From Oopsacas minuta (lineage: Eukaryota; Animalia; Porifera): DNA of 64,000 bases. The notes below the pieces were generated by a model. It saw only the letters and a program-made list of their open reading frames with translations, did no database searches and was not told the DNA's origin. A program made the translations under genes and the position numbers. Shown here in pieces: positions 60,269 through 64,000 of the stretch. The stretch covers positions 512,619 to 576,618 of the forward strand of contig JAKMXF010000111.1 in assembly GCA_024704765.1 (NCBI GenBank), read 5' to 3'. Each line of letters opens with the position of its first letter. The stretch's first letter is position 1.

Positions 60269-60982
60269 ATGGCAGAAGGAGGATCTGAACCAAAAGTAAA
60301 ATGGGTACCCTTAGAATCCAATCCTGAAGTAATGAACAAGTTCATTGACGTGCTGGGTGTAGAGAACATGCAATTCACAGACGTGTACGGATTAGACCCC
60401 GAATTATTAGGCATGGTCCCATCCCCCTGTTGCTCTCTGATCCTTCTCTTCCCTGTTACTGAGAAGTACGAAGAGTTCAGAATTCTAGAGGAGGAGAAAT
60501 ACAAGAAAGATCCTCAGAGCATTCCAGCTAGTACCTACTACATGAAACAGACAATAAGCAATGCTTGTGGGACTGTAGCTATTATTCATTGTATAGCTAA
60601 TTCTATGGATGATCAACTGGTCCTTAAGGAAGGACCTCTAAGGAAACTTATCCTAGAGTCGAAGGGCATGACTCCCTTGGAGAAGGGAAAGAAATTGGAG
60701 ACATGTCAGGAACTGTCAGAGGCTCATCAAGCCGCTGGAGAAGAGGGACAGTCGAGCGTACCTTCTCCAGGGGATCGTGTCGATCTACACTTCGTAGCGT
60801 TTGTGCATCGAGGGGGACAACTGATCGAACTCGACGGACGAAAATCTACACCTATCACCCACGGGCTTTGTACCAAAGAAACTTTTCTTTCTGACTGCGC
60901 TAAAGTGTGTCAGGAATTTATGCTTAGAGATCCTTCCGAGCAGAGATTCACCATGATAGCACTAGCCTCTTCTACTAACTAG
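60269..60982 (+). CDS. UCHL3: Ubiquitin C-terminal hydrolase, UCH-L1/L3 type, intronless
   Basis: WVPLESNPEV, MKQTISNACGT (catalytic Cys), DLHFVAFV (His), ELDGRK (Asp). Confidence 0.92.
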   Translation: MAEGGSEPKVKWVPLESNPEVMNKFIDVLGVENMQFTDVYGLDPELLGMVPSPCCSLILLFPVTEKYEEFRILEEEKYKKDPQSIPASTYYMKQTISNACGTVAIIHCIANSMDDQLVLKEGPLRKLILESKGMTPLEKGKKLETCQELSEAHQAAGEEGQSSVPSPGDRVDLHFVAFVHRGGQLIELDGRKSTPITHGLCTKETFLSDCAKVCQEFMLRDPSEQRFTMIALASSTN

Positions 60983-61299
60983 AGTACTCTGATATGTTGA
61001 GTGCTTATTTGTACTTAGATTAGAGATTTGTATTCGAATGATTGATATTAGATTCTGCGAATTATCCTTTATCTATTTGTTTGTATCATCGAGTAATTAA
61101 TTTATAACACAATTTGTAGAATATTTTCTGAAAATTATGGACAGAAATAATCTGGGGGGCTTTGCCCGGCGTCTCAGCAGCCCAATCCGCTCCTGGAAAT
61201 AAATGCCATTAGGCATAGATCTTATTTCCATAGCAACGGGATAACAATGTATATATTTTATAGCAATAAATAACTCTGTTGTAAAGATTTGTAGATAGA

Positions 61300-63616
61300 A
61301 TGGCTACGAATGCAGGTATTATTATATTATTAAATATATGAATTATTTGTTCAGGTAACTTATAACAGTTTATTCTTATAGATGACAGGGTAGAGATTGC
61401 ACGAACAGAGGAGGGTGGGAGGAAAGGAGGAGGATATGCTGTACAGATTGTAGAGGGGGAAGAAACAGGTGGAGGATTCAAGTTGAACTTAGAGGCTCTG
61501 AAACAGGTCCTACTCCATCCAGACGTTGTTAATAGACCTGTTGTTATTGTGTCAGTTGCTGGTGCCTTCAGAAAAGGGAAATCATTCTTACTAGACTTTA
61601 TGCTGCGCTATCTTCAACACGTGAGTAGCTATCGGATACTAAATGATAATATTTATAATTATCCTTTATTCACAGAGTGATGAGTCAGAATGGTTGTCAA
61701 ATAAAGAAGAGTCTCTTGTCGGATTCTCCTGGAAATCTGGATCAAGGCCAGACACGAATGGTATCCTAATGTGGAGCGAGCCCTTCGTCCGTACCATTCC
61801 TCACACGGGGGAGGAGATAGCCCTCTTACTCATGGACACACAGGGTGCATTTGATACAAGAAGTACTGTAAAACAGAACGCTACCATATTCGCACTGAGC
61901 ACAATGCTTAGCTCAATACAGATATATAATCTCATGTCACAGATACAAGAAAATGATCTACAACATCTCCAGCTGTTTACGGAGTACGCCCGTCTAGCTA
62001 GCGACTACTTGAGTGAGAAACCATTCCAATCTCTAATGTTCCTTGTTAGGGACTGGTACCATCTGGGTGATAATAAATACGGGGACAGTGGAGGAGGAGA
62101 ATATTTACAGTCTGTGCTAGAGGTATTTTGATGCCCTCTCCCATCACAACTATTATAATATATATGTATTATAGGTGCATTACGGACAACAGGAAGAACT
62201 ATCAGTCACAAGGAAACATATTTATTTCTGTTTTGACGATATTCGTTGTTACCTAATGCCTCACCCCGGTATGAAGGTAGCTGTAGGAGGAAAGGAATTC
62301 TCTGGACAGCTGAAACGTAATTTTCTAATAAGATACAAATTCTTGTGTTTATATTTGATATACATATGTAGATATCGATGAGGATTTTGTGGATCATTTG
62401 AAACAGCTGATGCCTACTATATTGGATCCGGTTAATCTGGTTGTTAAGAAGATCAGTGGGAATGTTATAACTGGCAAGAAACTAGTGCATTATGTAGAAG
62501 TGAGTGTCTTAACTTTGCTGTATTCAATTTCTAACATATCCGTTCACACTTCCCAACCTTTTCCACCCATAGAGCCCAGGTTGCGAACCGTTGCTTAATA
62601 TATATTTATTCTATAGAGCTATGTAAAGATATTCCAAGCAGGAGAACTGCCTGAACCTAAGAGCATGCTTGAAGTGAGTAACAGCTGATTATTGTATTTA
62701 CTTGTAATTTATCAGTAATTGTATTATTCTAGGCAACAGCAGAAGCTAACCATCTAGCAGCTAAAGACGATTCTTTGGATTCATACAAACGTACAATGGA
62801 TGAGGTAATGATACGTGATAGCTTAATTTTATGAATTTCTCACAAGGAATTATTCCTATATAACAGTTTTATCGATATGAAATATTATTAATGACAATGA
62901 TTTCGGTCCCGTGAGTTCCACAATCACTGAGTGTGACTATACATCTATCGCAAAATATTTGTGCTATGTATTACTATGATAGAATATTCTTACAGATTTG
63001 TGGTCCAACCACTCCCTTCTTAAATCCTGATGAACTAGCGGTATCACATTCTCAAGCTAAAGAAGATTCCTTAAATGTATTCAAATTGATTAAGAAGATG
63101 GGTGGTAACATTATGAGTGAAAAATACGAACTCTTGTTAGATGAAGAGATAGAGAAATTGTTCTTAGATTATAGCAAGACAAATGATAATAAGAATATAT
63201 TCATGGCAGCAAGGACGCCAGCTGTCTTGACAACAATTGTTGTAATTTGTTATCTCTCATCTGGTGTCGTAGGGCTGATTAGCGGATTCCTAGCTAACCT
63301 TATTCTCATTCTATTGGGAGTAACTCTCTTGCTATTGACTGTATGGGCTGTGTCTAGATACACTGGTCAGTACAGAGACCTAGCATCTATGATAGACAGC
63401 CTTGCTAGTTTTATTTTTGAAGAGGTTTGTTACCATATTTGTTGTAATTCATTTACAGTAAACTTTCAAGCAAAAAATAATCACTTCGTTATATCCTACT
63501 TTAAGAAAACAGGAGTTTACTGTAATATATCATAGGCAATCTACCCTTACTACAAATCTGCTATAACCAGAGGATCTAGAACAATAATGAAGCAGGTTGT
63601 GAAGCAGAGAATATAG
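61300..63616 (+). CDS. ATL: Atlastin (ER-fusion dynamin-like GTPase), multi-exon
   Basis: Micro first exon 61300-61315 (MATNA) in phase with 61382-61620 ([21 protein letters not shown]); 61676-62122 ([17 protein letters not shown]); CYLMPHPG; KKMGG; two TM segments after ARTPAVL; last exon 63536-63616. Confidence 0.92.
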
Positions 63617-63868
63617 TACACATCCTCTCTCATCCATCCTCACGTCGTTACGCCAGTAGTGACTGTAAATAATCTATGAATAGATTGATTCTTTGAGTAA
63701 TGTTCTCCTCTCTTACGTGGTTTGTTTAACGTTATAATTTGAGTGAAAATTACTTTGTGGTTTATAGTTATTGTGAATGTTATTACATTAGGATTGGATA
63801 TTGAATTTATTTGCAACGAATTGCCCTTATATGGTGTTCTCCTCAATTTCTCAATTTCCAATTAATTA

Positions 63869-64000
63869 CAGTGTAACCTTCACAAACGGGTTGCAGGGAC
63901 GCCGATAAATGCTACCCCATTTCACCGTTTGTGAGAGGTTCATTTGTATGGAAATAGGAATTCCCTCTAAATTATTGACTCCGTTTCCGAAAGTTCTGTC
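63869..64000. mobile_element. MITE family C copy, truncated by window end
   Basis: TA-CAGTGTAACCTTCACAAACGGG; interior is the reverse-complement homolog of 22320-22461. Confidence 0.7.

Noticed and set aside
61145-61200. Short GC-rich patch with a small hairpin between UCHL3 and atlastin
   Set aside because: No tRNA, snRNA, snoRNA or SL-RNA hallmarks could be identified; it may be a promoter element or repeat remnant
2179-63834. Isolated CArG boxes at 2179, 34987 (inside the MRTO4 CDS) and 63825
   Set aside because: The number is consistent with chance in AT-rich DNA and there is no clustering or supporting context

Overview
AT-rich, gene-dense eukaryotic (metazoan) genomic DNA. The roughly 50-60 nt introns, many intronless housekeeping genes, 200-350 bp intergenic gaps and ASGEFG-loop receptor tyrosine kinase suggest a compact sponge genome, possibly a glass sponge (inference only). 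No prokaryotic features, CRISPR, rRNA or tRNA were recognised. Gene order: tandem repeats (1-1900); RTK (-); multi-exon CEP170-like (+, 5205-10650), which carries intronless ACTR6 and a mini SP-RING/SIM gene on the same strand inside two consecutive introns; multi-exon ATG2 (+) with an intronless GRK2/3 nested antisense in one intron; DRG1; six-exon SRF with an inverted pair of perfect CArG boxes in its longest intron; MRTO4; DPY19L (-). These are followed by an uninterrupted + strand run: J-domain/TPR/RRM/CCCH gene, SKAP-like 3xPH-SH3 gene, ASCC3 (with a same-strand nested EGF/GPI-anchor gene), tandem AIG1/GIMAP GTPase, AQR, UCHL3-like and atlastin. Many TA-flanked pogo/Tc1-type MITEs and hAT-type MITEs sit in introns and spacers. 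The main points for follow-up are the same-strand nested genes together with acceptor-like AG sites just upstream of most start codons (possible polycistronic or trans-spliced processing), and the candidate SRF autoregulatory intronic enhancer. Exon models were assembled by hand from GT-AG sites and reading-frame phase.
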